Made by a program: the position numbers and the translations under genes
Notes under the pieces: generated by a model
What the model was told of the DNA's origin: nothing
Database searches by the model: none
What the model saw: only the letters and a program-made list of their open reading frames with translations
Shown: piece by piece, positions 63,367-64,000 of the stretch
How positions within the stretch are numbered: the stretch's first letter is position 1
How the letters are laid out: the number at the start of each line of letters is the position of its first letter
Assembly: GCA_902578115.1 (NCBI GenBank)
Contig: CACHBR010000002.1
Span: forward strand, 59,863-123,862
Direction of reading: 5' to 3'
Length of the DNA stretch: 64,000 nt
Origin: an uncultured Pelagibacteraceae bacterium
Lineage (GTDB): Bacteria; Pseudomonadota; Alphaproteobacteria; Pelagibacterales; Pelagibacteraceae

Positions 63367-64000
63367 TTAAGCCACCTTTCCATGACAATGTTTGTATTTT
63401 TTGCCTGAACCACAGGAGCATGGTTCATTTCTAGAAATTTTTTTCTTTTTAATAAATTTATTTTTTTGAGTTTCATCTTGTTTCTCTTGAATTACAACAT
63501 TTGTATTAATTAAAAATTTAATAGTTTCTGTCTTTATTTTAAATAATAAATTTTCAAACAGTTCAAATGACTCTCTTCTAAATTCTGCTAAAGGATCTTT
63601 TTGTCCATAACTTCTCAAGCCAATGACTTGTCTTAATTGCTCTAAATACTGCAAGTGAGATCTCCAAAGAAAATCCATTATTTGTAAAAAAATTCTCTTC
63701 TCAATCTCAATATTTTGATTATCACCTAAAGTTTTTATTCTTTCATTTCGTTTTTCTTGAAAAAAATTTATAAGACTCTTACTTATATCTTTTGTTTCCA
63801 TTTTAGAAAACTCTTCAATTTTTTGGTCATCAAAAGCGTTACCGTAGCTTGATTTAATCTCATTAGAGAATACTTTAAAATCATTACTTTTAGTATAATT
63901 TTGATGCGCCGACTCTAAATTTTTGTTCAACTCATCAAGGAAAGATAAAACCATTTTTTTAATATCACTATTTTTTAGAACTTCTATTCTTTGTCCAAAT
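63367..64000 (-). CDS. secA: Preprotein translocase SecA, C-terminal part (gene continues beyond the window)
   Basis: The frame is open to the window edge. It contains FLQIMDFLWRSHLQYLEQLRQVIGLRSYGQKDPLAEFRRESFELFENLL and the C-terminal zinc motif CSCGSGKKYKHCHG. Confidence 0.9.
   Translation of the reverse strand, partial: FGQRIEVLKNSDIKKMVLSFLDELNKNLESAHQNYTKSNDFKVFSNEIKSSYGNAFDDQKIEEFSKMETKDISKSLINFFQEKRNERIKTLGDNQNIEIEKRIFLQIMDFLWRSHLQYLEQLRQVIGLRSYGQKDPLAEFRRESFELFENLLFKIKTETIKFLINTNVVIQEKQDETQKNKFIKKKKISRNEPCSCGSGKKYKHCHGKVA

Noticed and set aside
1-64000. I looked for CRISPR arrays, rRNA genes, transposases or IS inverted repeats, integrases, phage structural genes and canonical defence operons (RM, TA, Abi and CBASS-like).
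   Set aside because: I saw no regularly spaced repeats and no rRNA-like conserved blocks. No ORF carries a DDE transposase, tyrosine or serine recombinase, or restriction-modification methylase motif. The only mobility footprint is the tRNA-Ser duplication reported above. This was a visual scan, not a computed search.

Overview
This is a very AT-rich, tightly packed bacterial chromosomal segment. Hand-counted 60-nt lines range from about 22 to 48% GC. Many genes abut or overlap by 1-30 nt. The gene content points to a streamlined marine alphaproteobacterium of the SAR11/Pelagibacterales type: class I LysRS, gltD-gltB order, a bolA/J-domain/cobS/cobT cluster, a DUF2948-like ORF between murA and hisD, and rpmH-rnpA-yidD-yidC. 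This taxonomic call is an inference, because I could run no database search.

Most of the window is housekeeping:
- Central metabolism: a lipoyl-domain-fused aceE 5-prime end, thiolase, uppP and gltDB.
- Translation: thrS-infC-rpmI-rplT-pheST-lepA, lysK, rpmB, def-fmt-truA and infA.
- Other core functions: ampG, trkH, pyrD, aroKB, dapDE, argB, yidC-yidD-rnpA-rpmH, dcd, murA, hisD and the secA 3-prime end.

Four tRNA genes are present: Arg-ACG, Ser-GGA, Thr-GGT and an atypical Phe-GAA. I found no rRNA, CRISPR array, transposase or integrase.

The regions worth a second look are:
1. A 67-bp perfect duplication of the tRNA-Ser 3-prime half brackets a 0.74-kb single-gene insert. The ORF has a His-Me-finger-like motif and GC-rich flanking repeats. 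Next to it sits a methyltransferase/PhyH-dioxygenase operon.
2. An envelope-glycan locus (about 48.6-55.9 kb) contains a DprE1/DprE2-like pair, which is the polyprenyl-phospho-sugar 2-prime epimerase logic. The pair is flanked by polytopic membrane proteins, and one GT-C-like gene is split by a frameshift at a T8 run.
3. A MetF-like gene is translationally coupled to a long DmdA/GcvT-family gene, suggesting a THF-dependent demethylase module of unknown substrate.
4. A cobS/cobT-like AAA+/vWA pair sits with a J-domain protein and BolA.
5. A lipoyl domain is fused to an AceE-type E1.
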